Shown here piece by piece: positions 8,482-17,874 of a DNA stretch of 24,000 nucleotides (positions within the stretch are counted from its first letter, which is position 1; each line of letters starts with the position of its first letter). The notes below the pieces were generated by a model, which saw nothing but the letters and a program-made list of their open reading frames with translations, made no database searches and was not told the origin of the DNA. A program made the position numbers and the translations under genes. This stretch comes from an uncultured Neisseria sp. (GTDB lineage Bacteria; Pseudomonadota; Gammaproteobacteria; Burkholderiales; UBA11063): contig CAZATM010000043.1 in the NCBI GenBank assembly GCA_964488065.1, positions 273-24,272 on the forward strand, in the 5' to 3' direction.

Positions 8482-9792
8482 TTAATTTGTAACAGAAAAT
8501 GATTGTTCCGCGGTTTGCAAATCAAATGCGTATCCCATCAACGGTGCGGTACCGGTGAAAGTCAAGGTTTGATGAGCCGGTAATAACAACTCAGGGGCAT
8601 TTTTAACCGGAGTAATAAAGCGGTGCATCCGGTTTTGTGCATCTGGTTGTGTATCAAAGTTCATGGTATAAATACCACTAGCTTCAGCAAAGCCTTTTGT
8701 ATTTACCATTAAGGTTGACACCCAAATTGGACTATTATTGATATCTTGTGCTACAAAAGAAATATCTTTGCCATATACTGGTTGGGTGCTATCACAATTA
8801 TTTTGGACTGCTACTTGAATTTCCGTATTCATTGTTGTTGCATCTGGATCGACAAAAACATGACCACTCAAACAAGCGCTAGGAGTAGCGGGAATATTTT
8901 GTACGAGGAGTGTTCTTTCCGCAGTGAAAAAGTCATACTTACTTCCATGCAATGTAATTGGACTGCTCAATTGAACGCCTTGGTGAGGATCTAAAACCAG
9001 ATTATCTGGCGCTAATTTTCCATACAAATAGTAATCTGCACTGTTAAATGGAACGCTGTAATTGGTGTTGTTGGCTGCGACACCCTGTATTTGAGTAATA
9101 CCAACCGGATATCCTGCTAAATCTTGAGATAGGAATGATATTTCCTTACCTTTTAAAGGTTGTGGAACATCGCAACTATTTTCAACATAAAAAATTGCGG
9201 TATTAGCTTTTTTTGCATCCGGATTCTCAACCATCATATGAGCCTTGATACATTTATCTGCTAGTGGATTAGCCTTGTCGATAATCTGTAGTGTAGCATT
9301 GGCTGTTTTGCTATCATAGGCAACCCCGTTTAAGGTTCCGTTACCTTTCATCATAATCCCTTCTTGAGGGGCTAGAGTAAATTTTTTGGTAGCAACGCTT
9401 TGTACTAAGCCGGTTTGTGGATCTACTGCGCCAAAACTTAAAGAATATTTTTTACCATTATCTGCCGTAGCACTAAATGTTGTCGGTGCATTGATTGGTG
9501 TTCGTGCAACATCTTGAGACATGAAGGCCAAAGATTTGGTGTTTAACTGTAAGGTTTCACTACAATTGTTTTGGATAGTCAATAGCAGATTGTTTTTAGT
9601 TTTAGAGTTTGGTGTGGTTGAATTTAGGTTTATAATCAAACAAGATGGTGTTGTCGGTGTAGTTTGTGCTGACACCTCAGTTGTTGTGGTTGAACCGGCT
9701 TGATTACTGGCTCCGCTATTACAAGCGGTCAATCCGAACATACCTGCTGCAGAAATTAAAACACCCAAGTATTTTTTATTTGAAGCTTTCAT
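8482..9792 (-). CDS. Lipoprotein of unknown function with three tandem ~125-130 aa two-Cys modules
   Basis: 436 aa. It has a signal peptide with lipobox GLTA|C (Cys24) and a Thr/Ser/Pro-rich linker (aa 25-49). Three homologous modules follow, each starting x-C, with N-[NS]-C about 26 residues later and then the motif [LI]-[AS]-F-[MLV]-[SA]-Q-D. Confidence 0.85.
   Translation of the reverse strand: MKASNKKYLGVLISAAGMFGLTACNSGASNQAGSTTTTEVSAQTTPTTPSCLIINLNSTTPNSKTKNNLLLTIQNNCSETLQLNTKSLAFMSQDVARTPINAPTTFSATADNGKKYSLSFGAVDPQTGLVQSVATKKFTLAPQEGIMMKGNGTLNGVAYDSKTANATLQIIDKANPLADKCIKAHMMVENPDAKKANTAIFYVENSCDVPQPLKGKEISFLSQDLAGYPVGITQIQGVAANNTNYSVPFNSADYYLYGKLAPDNLVLDPHQGVQLSSPITLHGSKYDFFTAERTLLVQNIPATPSACLSGHVFVDPDATTMNTEIQVAVQNNCDSTQPVYGKDISFVAQDINNSPIWVSTLMVNTKGFAEASGIYTMNFDTQPDAQNRMHRFITPVKNAPELLLPAHQTLTFTGTAPLMGYAFDLQTAEQSFSVTN
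8485..9645 (-). repeat. Three tandem protein-module repeats within the lipoprotein gene (about 9256-9645, 8878-9255, 8485-8877)
   Basis: Module starts align by eye: SCLIINL..LLLTIQNNCSETLQLNTKSLAFMSQD / KCIKAHM..AIFYVENSCDVPQPLKGKEISFLSQD / ACLSGHV..IQVAVQNNCDSTQPVYGKDISFVAQD. The repeats are diverged at the DNA level. Confidence 0.7.
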
Positions 9793-10133
9793 TTTAAGTA
9801 CCCTTTTAAATTTGGTTAAATTAGCAAAAACTGCAATTAGGAATTAAGGATTTATCTAAAGAGATTGCTTGATTAGAACTATCCATGACGAAATAATAAC
9901 AATTTTATCGGTATGGAGACAATTGCTAAAATGGCATATGAATATATGTAAATATTAAGCTTTACAAAAATTGCTATGGTATGTTATTTATAATGTTTTG
10001 TTTTAAAATATATAAACATAACAGAATGATATTGTGTTGTGATGGTTTTTTGTAATACAGGAAGTTAATGTAATTGTGGTGCGTATAATAAAAAAGCTGG
10101 TGTTGGATTTTATAACGGTAAGGCAGAAACTAC

Positions 10134-10157
10134 TCCGCCAATAGTGTTATTGGCGGA
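10134..10157 (-). terminator. Hairpin terminator downstream of tryptophanase
   Basis: tccgccaata (10134-10143) pairs with tattggcgga (10148-10157) around a 4-nt loop. It lies 23 nt past the tnaA stop. The U-run is only moderate. Confidence 0.5.
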
Positions 10158-10179
10158 ATAGTTTTGAATGACAAATTAA

Positions 10180-11583
10180 TTAGTCGATATATTTCAAGCG
10201 CGCAGTAAAGTGGCGCAAAATAGATGGTTCATATTCAAAGCCTAAACCTTTAACTTGTTTAACATCTTTCATCACATCAATAAAGGTATCGACAATATAG
10301 TCCATATGATCATTGGTGTAAACCCGCCGTGGAATAGTCAAGCGTAATAATTCAAAGGCGGATTTCTTTTGTAAACCAGTCTGTGGATCACGTCCCAATA
10401 ATAATGAACCGATTTCAACCCCGCGGACACCACCCTCAATATATAAAGCATTGGCCAAGGCATGAGCTGGGAATTGGTCACCCGGAATGTGTGGCAATAA
10501 GCGTGCCGCATCGACGAAAACTGCATGACCACCAGTTGGGTTTTGAATTGGAATACCGGCTGCCATCAAACGATCGCCCAGATATTTAACTTGACCAATC
10601 CGGTAGTTCAAGTATTCTTCATTCATACCCTCATATAGACCAACTGCCAATGCTTCCATATCGCGACCGCATAGACCACCATAAGTCACGAAGCCTTCAA
10701 ATGGGATACAACGCACTTGCACGGCTTTAAAAATATCTTCCCGTTCTTTGATACAGCATAATCCGCCCATATTCACCAACGGATCTTTTTTAGCCGACAT
10801 GGTTAAAATATCTGCGGAACGGTACATTTCCATAATGATGGCTTCAATGCTCCAATCTTTATATTTGGCTTCGCGTTGCTTGATGAACCACGCATTTTCA
10901 CAGTAGCGTGCTGAATCCATTACCACAGGAATATCATGTTTTTTAGCGATTTCGGCGGTAGCTTTGATATTTTCCATTGATACCGGCTGACCACCAACGC
11001 TATTGCAAGTTACGGTAATAATAATCGCAACCACGTTATCGGCACCATATTCGGCAATCGTTTTTTCCAAGCCAACTAAATCCATATTCCCTTTGAAATC
11101 ATGGTAAGTTTGGGTATCCATCGCTTGTGGTGCAACCACATTAATCGCTTTGGCGCCACTGATTTCAACGTGAGCAGCGGTAGTATCAAAGTGATAATTG
11201 GAAATAAATACCGGCTTAGTCAAATTTTTAACTTCTCTCCTGCGATCCATTAATGCCGGGAATAAAATTTGTTCCGCACCCCGTCCTTGATGGGTTGGTA
11301 CCACATATTTGTAATTGAAAATATCATGTACTGCCGCTTCTAATTTAAAGAAACTACGGCTACCGGCATAAGCTTCATCACCTAACATCATGGCTGACCA
11401 TTGGCGATCACTCATCGCACCAGTACCAGAATCAGTTAACAGATCAATATAAACATCTTCACTTTTTAGCAAGAATGGATTGTTACCCGCTTCTGCTAAG
11501 GCTTGAATCCGATATTCTTTAGTGGTTTGTTTGATTGATTCAACCATTTTAATACGAAATGGTTCAGGTATACGTTTAGTCAT
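10180..11583 (-). CDS. tnaA: Tryptophanase (tryptophan indole-lyase), PLP-dependent beta-eliminating lyase
   Basis: 467 aa, alignable by eye along its whole length to E. coli TnaA ([27 protein letters not shown], VVMDSARxxENAxFIKQREAxYKDW, PLP-lysine motif MSAKKD). It carries HFDTT and LRHFTA, where tyrosine phenol-lyase has Thr and Phe instead. Confidence 0.9.
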   Translation of the reverse strand: MTKRIPEPFRIKMVESIKQTTKEYRIQALAEAGNNPFLLKSEDVYIDLLTDSGTGAMSDRQWSAMMLGDEAYAGSRSFFKLEAAVHDIFNYKYVVPTHQGRGAEQILFPALMDRRREVKNLTKPVFISNYHFDTTAAHVEISGAKAINVVAPQAMDTQTYHDFKGNMDLVGLEKTIAEYGADNVVAIIITVTCNSVGGQPVSMENIKATAEIAKKHDIPVVMDSARYCENAWFIKQREAKYKDWSIEAIIMEMYRSADILTMSAKKDPLVNMGGLCCIKEREDIFKAVQVRCIPFEGFVTYGGLCGRDMEALAVGLYEGMNEEYLNYRIGQVKYLGDRLMAAGIPIQNPTGGHAVFVDAARLLPHIPGDQFPAHALANALYIEGGVRGVEIGSLLLGRDPQTGLQKKSAFELLRLTIPRRVYTNDHMDYIVDTFIDVMKDVKQVKGLGFEYEPSILRHFTARLKYID

Positions 11584-11616
11584 AGAAATGCTCCTAAAAA
11601 ATTTAAAAACTATTAA

Positions 11617-12813
11617 TTAAAACCAAAATTGAATAAATACTACACCCAAGCCAACTACGAACGAGAGGTTCAAAAGCGCTTGATTGTGTAAAATTGCAGC
11701 CGAAAAATTATGTCCGCCTTTAATCATTTGTTTGATAATCAAGATTGGAATTAAGACAAAAAGGATTGTTGCGCCAACCCCAGCATAGCTCAGCGCCATG
11801 ATAAAGATATTTGGGTAAAGAATAACAATCAGCAGCGGAATAATAAAAGTCAAAATAATTGGAAATACAGTATGGGTCATGGCATTATCGCGATTGTGTC
11901 CGAATAAATCCTGCACAAAGTGGTATAAAGAAATCGAAGTGCCCAAGAAAGAAGTCGTTACTGAAATCGTTGCAACAAAGTTGATCGCGCCAACAATCAA
12001 ACTACTTGGGGTATTATTGGATAAAATCGTCAACAAATCTCCGACATTGGCATCGCTTCCCTGTGCATATAAAATATCAAAACTATTTGCACCATGAGAG
12101 GGAATATTACCGATGATTGCCAAAACCCACACAATATACAGCACCAATGGAATTAAGCTCCCGATAATAACCACCCGCCGTAAAGCTCGTTGGTCGTTGC
12201 GTAAGTAGTAACGCACGGTAGGAATAATGTTGTGAAGAATAAACGCGGTGATGATTGCCGGGAAGGAGGCTATGATACCGTTAAAGTGCCCTGACACCAA
12301 TAGATTGTCCAGTTTTAGCGCACCAAGCAGCAGGACAATTGCGATAATGAATGCTCCCAGCTTGATACTTAACAAAATCCGGTTTACATAATCAACGGCT
12401 TTAGTTCCGATTAGAACACAGATACCAAAAATAATTACAAAAATAGTCGAGGTTAAACCGGCGGACATTTTTAACATACTGTTAAACGTCGATCCGGCGG
12501 CTGAAATGTATGCCATCGCAATGGCCGATAAAGTGCACCAAAAAATTACAGTTAAAAATATTTTACCGGGTTTGCCCAAAAACTTACCGGCCATGGAAGC
12601 AAAACTAACTTTATCACCCAAAGTTGAATTGGCTTCACAGACCAATAAAGCGGTGTAAAGCATCAAGGCCCAAGCAAAAATTAAAATTATTGAACCAAAG
12701 AAAATTCCGACATGCGAAATAATAATCGGTAAAGCCAGAACTCCGGCACCAATTTCGGTTCCGACGATCATAAAAATGCTACCGATTTGCCGGTTTAGTG
12801 AACTACTAATCAT
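11617..12813 (-). CDS. tnaB: Aromatic amino acid (tryptophan/tyrosine) permease, HAAAP family (Mtr/TnaB/TyrP-like)
   Basis: Polytopic membrane protein. The N-terminus IGSIFMIVGTEIGAGVLALP resembles the TnaB/Mtr N-terminal motif. The symbol is assigned from context only (33 nt upstream of tnaA, same strand). I place the start at Met46 of the track ORF (ATG 12811-12813) because GGAG sits 7 nt upstream and the length (398 aa) fits the family. The track's 12948 start remains possible. Confidence 0.85.
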   Translation of the reverse strand: MISSSLNRQIGSIFMIVGTEIGAGVLALPIIISHVGIFFGSIILIFAWALMLYTALLVCEANSTLGDKVSFASMAGKFLGKPGKIFLTVIFWCTLSAIAMAYISAAGSTFNSMLKMSAGLTSTIFVIIFGICVLIGTKAVDYVNRILLSIKLGAFIIAIVLLLGALKLDNLLVSGHFNGIIASFPAIITAFILHNIIPTVRYYLRNDQRALRRVVIIGSLIPLVLYIVWVLAIIGNIPSHGANSFDILYAQGSDANVGDLLTILSNNTPSSLIVGAINFVATISVTTSFLGTSISLYHFVQDLFGHNRDNAMTHTVFPIILTFIIPLLIVILYPNIFIMALSYAGVGATILFVLIPILIIKQMIKGGHNFSAAILHNQALLNLSFVVGLGVVFIQFWF

Positions 12814-13064
12814 ATCTCTTCTCCATGATTTATTAAATTGTGCGGCTCTAGAAGTGATTTTACGCTGGTGTGCGCTGCACAAATTAACTAATAAAAAATT
12901 ATTTGTTGCTAATAGTAACGTTAAATTTATTAATATACTGATATACATCTGTTATGTGCTTCTGTAAAGATGTATCAATACAACACTTTATCGGTATTTT
13001 ATGTTGCTAAAAATCACATAAATGTAAATAATTTGATTTTGAAAGTTCAGGCATAAAATATACG

Positions 13065-13093
13065 TTGACTAACTTGTATAGACAAGCTATAAT
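13065..13093 (+). promoter_or_regulatory. Candidate treBC promoter: TTGACT, 17 nt, TATAAT
   Basis: TTGACT at 13065-13070, a 17-nt spacer, TATAAT at 13088-13093. The spacer contains a short inverted repeat, cttgt-atag-acaag (13073-13086). This implies a ~160-nt 5' UTR before the treB ATG at 13262. Confidence 0.5.
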
Positions 13094-13261
13094 TGCGCTT
13101 GGAGTATACTTAACCTATCCGTTTGTTGAGCTATGTGCTTTAGTTAAGTTATTGTTTGTGATTGTGATATTCTGATTTGCTTGGCGCAATTTAAAAAATC
13201 GAAGCAACATCACTATTGAAATAAACACAGCCCGTAATGTCAGTTAATATTTGGAGATAAT

Positions 13262-14689
13262 ATGAGTTCAAATTCAGTTAATGCTACTTCGGTGGCTGAA
13301 ATAATTGCCGCCGTCGGCGGTAAAGACAATATTTTGGCAGCAAGCCATTGCATAACCCGTTTACGGTTGGTGTTAAAAGACGAAAAATTAGCAGATACCC
13401 AAAAATTGAATAATCATCGGCTGGTTAAAGGGGCTTTTAGCGCCAATGGGCAATTTCAGATCGTCATTGGTCAAGGAACTGTTGATCAAGTTTGTGAAAT
13501 AGTTCAACAGCAAACCGGGATCGGACATGCAACGAAAGAAGAAGTTGCCGCCGTTAGTAGCCAGAAAATGTCGATTTTGCAACGCGGAATCAAGATGCTG
13601 GCAGATATTTTCATCCCCTTATTACCGGCAATCGTTACCGCCGGTTTGTTGATGGGGTTAAATAATATTCTGACTGAAAAGCTCTGGCTGGATCATACCC
13701 AATCATTGGTGACGCTCTATCCGCAATTGGGCGGTATTGCTCAGATGGTTAATGTGATTGCATCAACCGCATTCGTGTTTTTACCCGGCTTGGTTGGCTG
13801 GTCGGCCGTACGTAGTTTTGGCGGCAATCCCTTACTGGGGATAGTCTTGGGGCTGATGCTGATTCATCCGGATTTATTGAATGCTTGGGGTTATGCTGCC
13901 GCTTTAGAAAGTCACAGTGTTCCGCAATGGCATGTTTTTGGCTTGACTTTGGAAAAAGTTGGTTATCAGGGACAAGTGCTACCGGTAATTGTTTCGGCAT
14001 ATGTACTAACCCGTCTGGAAAAATGGCTGAATAAACGGGTTGCTGATGCCTATAAATTACTGGTGGTGGCGCCAATTGCCTTATTAATCACCGGTTTTCT
14101 ATCTTTTATGGTGATTGGTCCGGTGACTTTTGCGATTGCTAATGGTTTAACCGGTGGCATTCTATTTATCTTCAATAAATTTGCTTTGCTCGGTGGGTTA
14201 ATTTTTGGTGCCGGTTATGCCCCGATTGTAATTACCGGATTACACCAGTCGTTCCTGGCGATTGATTTTCAACTAATTGCCAGTACCGGCGGGGCTTTAA
14301 TTTGGCCAATGGTGGCATTATCCAATATTTCCCAAGGTTCGGCGGCTTTAGCGGTAATGGTTATTGCTAAAGATGAAAAAATTAAAGGCTTATCGTTGAC
14401 TTCGGCAATTTCAGCCTATCTGGGAATTACCGAACCGGCGATGTTTGGGGTAAATTTACGCTTTAAAATTCCGTTTTTCTGCGCGATGACCGGTTCGGCA
14501 ATTGCTGGTGCCTTGGTTGCGTTGGAGCATGTTAGAGCTTCCGCAATTGGCGTTGGCGGCTTACCGGCATTTTTATCGATTATGCCGCAATACTGGGTTA
14601 CTTATTTTATGGCAATGGGAATCGTGGTCGTGGTGCCGTTCTTACTGACCGTTATTTTGGCCAAAAAAATCAATTTCCGGAGCAACTAG
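13262..14689 (+). CDS. treB: PTS trehalose-specific EIIBC component
   Basis: 475 aa. The N-terminal EIIB domain has the phosphorylatable Cys motif (ASHCITRLRL), followed by a polytopic EIIC. It sits immediately upstream of treC. GGAG lies 5 nt before the ATG. Confidence 0.9.
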   Translation: MSSNSVNATSVAEIIAAVGGKDNILAASHCITRLRLVLKDEKLADTQKLNNHRLVKGAFSANGQFQIVIGQGTVDQVCEIVQQQTGIGHATKEEVAAVSSQKMSILQRGIKMLADIFIPLLPAIVTAGLLMGLNNILTEKLWLDHTQSLVTLYPQLGGIAQMVNVIASTAFVFLPGLVGWSAVRSFGGNPLLGIVLGLMLIHPDLLNAWGYAAALESHSVPQWHVFGLTLEKVGYQGQVLPVIVSAYVLTRLEKWLNKRVADAYKLLVVAPIALLITGFLSFMVIGPVTFAIANGLTGGILFIFNKFALLGGLIFGAGYAPIVITGLHQSFLAIDFQLIASTGGALIWPMVALSNISQGSAALAVMVIAKDEKIKGLSLTSAISAYLGITEPAMFGVNLRFKIPFFCAMTGSAIAGALVALEHVRASAIGVGGLPAFLSIMPQYWVTYFMAMGIVVVVPFLLTVILAKKINFRSN

Positions 14690-14690
14690 G

Positions 14691-16376
14691 ATGGATAACA
14701 AATGGTGGCAGTCGGCAGTAGTTTATCAAATTTATCCCAAGAGCTTTAAATCGGCACATAATAGTTCAACTGGTGACTTAGCCGGGATAATCAGCAAACT
14801 GGATTATCTCAAAACGCTGGGCGTGGATGTGCTGTGGTTAACGCCGGTCTATGCCTCACCGGGTGCAGATAATGGCTATGATATTAGTGATTATTACACA
14901 GTTGACCCGGCATATGGGACGCTGGAAGATTTGCGTGAGTTGCTGGGGCAGGCGCATCAGCGTGGGATTAAGATTATCATGGATATTGTGGTAAATCATA
15001 CCTCTACTGCGCATCGCTGGTTTCAAGAGGCGTTAACTAACCGCAACAGTAAATATTTCGATTATTACATCTGGCGCGAGGGTAAATCGGCTACTTTGCC
15101 ACCAAATAACTGGATATCTAAATTTGGCGGCAGTGCCTGGCAGTATGTAGCTGAGCACAACCTGTTTTATTTGCATTTATTTGATGTCACTCAGGCGGAT
15201 TTGAATTGGGAAAATCCCGAATTGCGCGGCGAAATCTATCAGATGATGCGCTGGTGGCTGGATTTTGGCGTAGATGGTTTCCGGCTGGATGTGATTAATC
15301 TAATTTCCAAAAATCAAAATTTCCCCGATGATACCTTACTTACGGCGACAGATGACGGACGAAAATATTATACCGATGGTCCACGAATTCACGAGTATCT
15401 GCAGGAAATGAACCGTGAGGTCTTTAGTTATAAAGAGGGTATTATCACCGTTGGTGAAATGTCTTCGACTTCAATTGCCAATTGCATCCGCTATACAGAT
15501 CAACAGCAACACGAGTTGGATATGGTATTTAGTTTTCATCACCTGAAGGTTGATTATCGCGCCGGGCAAAAATGGAGTTTGATGGACTATGATTTTCTAG
15601 CATTAAAAAAAATACTCAGTGACTGGCAATTAGGGATGCAGGCGGGTAATGGCTGGAATGCGCTATTTTGGTCAAATCACGATCAGCCACGGGCGTTATC
15701 GCGCTTTGGCGATGATACAAATTATCCCTATCAGTCGGCAACCATGTTAGCTACCGCACTACACCTGATGCGTGGAACCCCGTATATTTATCAGGGTGAA
15801 GAAATCGGCATGACCAATCCCGGGTTTACTGATATTAGCGACTATCGTGATGTTGAGAGTCTTAATGCTTATCGGTTGATGACCGAGGAATGGAATTATT
15901 CCCAAGCGGAAGCCTTGGCAATACTAGCTCAGAAATCGCGGGATAATGCGCGCACTTTGATGCAATGGGATGCTAGTGAGAATGCGGGATTTTCGAGTAA
16001 GACACCGTGGATTGGGGCTGCTGCAAATTATCCTAAAATTAATGCCGCTGCGGCAGTTGCCGATTCCAATTCGGTATTTTACTATTATCAACGCTTGATT
16101 CGGTTACGTAAAGAATATCCGGTGATTGCGGGTGGAGAAATCCGTTTTTATTTACTAGAACATCCACAGTTACTAGTTTATTCTCGTCATTATGATGATA
16201 CGGCTTTGCTGGTAGTATGTAATTTTTCGGCGCAGGAGTGTGAGTTGATAGTTGATCACGATACTAGCGATTTAAGGGCGAAAGTGTCCAAGATTTTAAT
16301 TGCCAACTTTACACCCGAGATCAGTTCAAACCAGTTAGTCTTTCCACCATTTGGTTGTATTGCGTGGATAAGTTAA
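14691..16376 (+). CDS. treC: Trehalose-6-phosphate hydrolase (alpha,alpha-phosphotrehalase, GH13)
   Basis: 561 aa. WWQSAVVYQIYPKSF, DVLWLTPVY, DIVVNHTS, GFRLDVI, VGEM and SNHDQPR are GH13 oligo-1,6-glucosidase/TreC motifs. The ATG lies 1 nt after the treB stop. Confidence 0.92.
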   Translation: MDNKWWQSAVVYQIYPKSFKSAHNSSTGDLAGIISKLDYLKTLGVDVLWLTPVYASPGADNGYDISDYYTVDPAYGTLEDLRELLGQAHQRGIKIIMDIVVNHTSTAHRWFQEALTNRNSKYFDYYIWREGKSATLPPNNWISKFGGSAWQYVAEHNLFYLHLFDVTQADLNWENPELRGEIYQMMRWWLDFGVDGFRLDVINLISKNQNFPDDTLLTATDDGRKYYTDGPRIHEYLQEMNREVFSYKEGIITVGEMSSTSIANCIRYTDQQQHELDMVFSFHHLKVDYRAGQKWSLMDYDFLALKKILSDWQLGMQAGNGWNALFWSNHDQPRALSRFGDDTNYPYQSATMLATALHLMRGTPYIYQGEEIGMTNPGFTDISDYRDVESLNAYRLMTEEWNYSQAEALAILAQKSRDNARTLMQWDASENAGFSSKTPWIGAAANYPKINAAAAVADSNSVFYYYQRLIRLRKEYPVIAGGEIRFYLLEHPQLLVYSRHYDDTALLVVCNFSAQECELIVDHDTSDLRAKVSKILIANFTPEISSNQLVFPPFGCIAWIS

Positions 16377-16391
16377 TTTCACCGTCAATAA

Positions 16392-16418
16392 AAAGCCATA
16401 GCGAATTACTATGGCTTT
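16392..16418. terminator. Shared terminator between convergent treC and the amino acid permease
   Basis: aaagccatag (16392-16401) pairs with ctatggcttt (16409-16418) around a 7-nt loop. The minus-strand reading is followed by a T5 run. The plus-strand U-run is weaker. Confidence 0.7.
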
Positions 16419-16434
16419 AAAGTTGATAGTTTTA

Positions 16435-17799
16435 CTATGAAGGGTTACTGCGGTATAAAGCCAGGTAAGTGAGGGTGAAAAATATTAATAAAACAATTCC
16501 TGAATAAACCACAATCCGCTGAGTCGGATCACAGAGCATTCCCAAAATCACTAAGGCATTGGCAAGGACGCTAATTATTGGTACCCATGGATAACCGCGG
16601 ACCCGGAAAGTCAATTTATTGGCATCAACGCCACCCTGTTTTAGATAGCGGCGGAAACCAACGTGACTTAGGCTAATCATAATCCAGATTAAACAGCCAA
16701 CCATTCCCGATGATGATACGATTAAGATAAATAATTTTTCGGCACCGATAAATTTACTTAGCAAACATAATGCCGAAAGTGCAGCGGTTACCAGAACCCC
16801 CCAGAATGGAACGCCATTTTTATTGACATGATGATAGAATTTAGGTGCTTGGCGTGATTCCGCCATTGACCATAGTAAGCGGGCGCAGGCATAAAAGGCT
16901 GAATTTACGGCGGATAGACTTGCAGCCACGATCACAATTTGCATAATCACATAAATGTAAGGAATTTTTGCTTGTTGCAAGATGCTGATAAACGGGCTAT
17001 TGGCAACCGATGATTGTTGCCACGGTGTTATCATGGTCACAATGAATACCGATAAGACAAAAAACAGCAGTATCCGAAAACCAACATTGCGGATCGCTTT
17101 GATTACGTTTACTTCCGGGTTTTCCGATTCACCCGCGGCAATTCCGACTAATTCTGCACCTTGATAGGTACAGACTATTACTACCAGCCCATAGAGAAAC
17201 GGTAATATTCCATGCGGGAACCAGCCCTCGGCGTAATAGTTCTTAAATCCGGGAATCGCACCAAAATGCGGGACGACACCAGCCAAAATAGCAATCCCTA
17301 CAATAATAAAAACTATAATCGCGGCAATTTTAATTCCGGCGAACCAAAATTCCAATTCACCATAAGCTTTAACCGGGAAAAAATTCAAAAGGGTAATTAT
17401 GGCAATAAATAAGATACTCCACTGCCAGACTTCGCTTGCCGGAAACCAGCCAGTCATGATGATTGAGGCTGCGGTGAGCGAAGCTGCTGCAGCTGTAACC
17501 CAGTTAATCAGATACAGCCAGCCGGTAAGAAATCCGGCTAACGGTGAAATAAAGCGGGTGGCATAAGCTTGAAAGGAGCCGGAAATCGGCATTGCGACCG
17601 CCATTTCGGTAAGACTGATTAATGCTAAAAACATCACAATCCCACCAATGATAAACCCCAGTAGCGTGCCAAAAGCGCCAACCTGTTTTAAAATATCACC
17701 AATTCCCAAAAAGAAGCTCGCAGAAATGGTTCCACCAATCGCAATCATCGCCAGATGGCGCGATTTCATTCCCCGATTAAGTTGTTCGTTATTTTCCAT
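16435..17799 (-). CDS. APC-superfamily amino acid permease (AAT family, LysP/AroP/ProY-like); substrate not assignable
   Basis: 454 aa with about 12 TM segments. The N-terminal signature is LNRGMKSRHLAMIAIGGTISASFFLG. Confidence 0.88.
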   Translation of the reverse strand: MENNEQLNRGMKSRHLAMIAIGGTISASFFLGIGDILKQVGAFGTLLGFIIGGIVMFLALISLTEMAVAMPISGSFQAYATRFISPLAGFLTGWLYLINWVTAAAASLTAASIIMTGWFPASEVWQWSILFIAIITLLNFFPVKAYGELEFWFAGIKIAAIIVFIIVGIAILAGVVPHFGAIPGFKNYYAEGWFPHGILPFLYGLVVIVCTYQGAELVGIAAGESENPEVNVIKAIRNVGFRILLFFVLSVFIVTMITPWQQSSVANSPFISILQQAKIPYIYVIMQIVIVAASLSAVNSAFYACARLLWSMAESRQAPKFYHHVNKNGVPFWGVLVTAALSALCLLSKFIGAEKLFILIVSSSGMVGCLIWIMISLSHVGFRRYLKQGGVDANKLTFRVRGYPWVPIISVLANALVILGMLCDPTQRIVVYSGIVLLIFFTLTYLALYRSNPS

Positions 17800-17874
17800 A
17801 TTTTTTCTTTAAAAAATATCTGTAATCTTCAGCTTATAGTGTGCAAAGCAATGATTTCAGATAGTTAAAACTTG

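Noticed and set aside
10180-11583. Alternative call of tyrosine phenol-lyase for the beta-eliminating lyase
   Set aside because: The sequence has Asp in HFDTT and His in LRHFTA, as tryptophanase does, where TPL has Thr (FTTT) and Phe (RFFTA). The long KQREAxYKDW block also matches TnaA. This is based on remembered sequences, not a computed alignment.
12814-12948. 45-codon N-terminal extension of the permease ORF, considered as either the true start or a tnaC-like leader (it contains ..KSWRRD..)
   Set aside because: It is in frame with the permease with no stop, so it is not a separate leader. The segment is AT-rich and promoter-like. The internal ATG at 12813 has a GGAG RBS and gives a family-typical length. 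I cannot fully exclude the longer form.
13157-13168. Tandem TGTGAT-TGTGAT, and a TGTGA on the opposite strand at 13014-13018, considered as CRP binding sites
   Set aside because: Neither has a matching TCACA half-site at the 6-nt spacing, so they are half-sites only. I mention them as something to test and do not call them as features.
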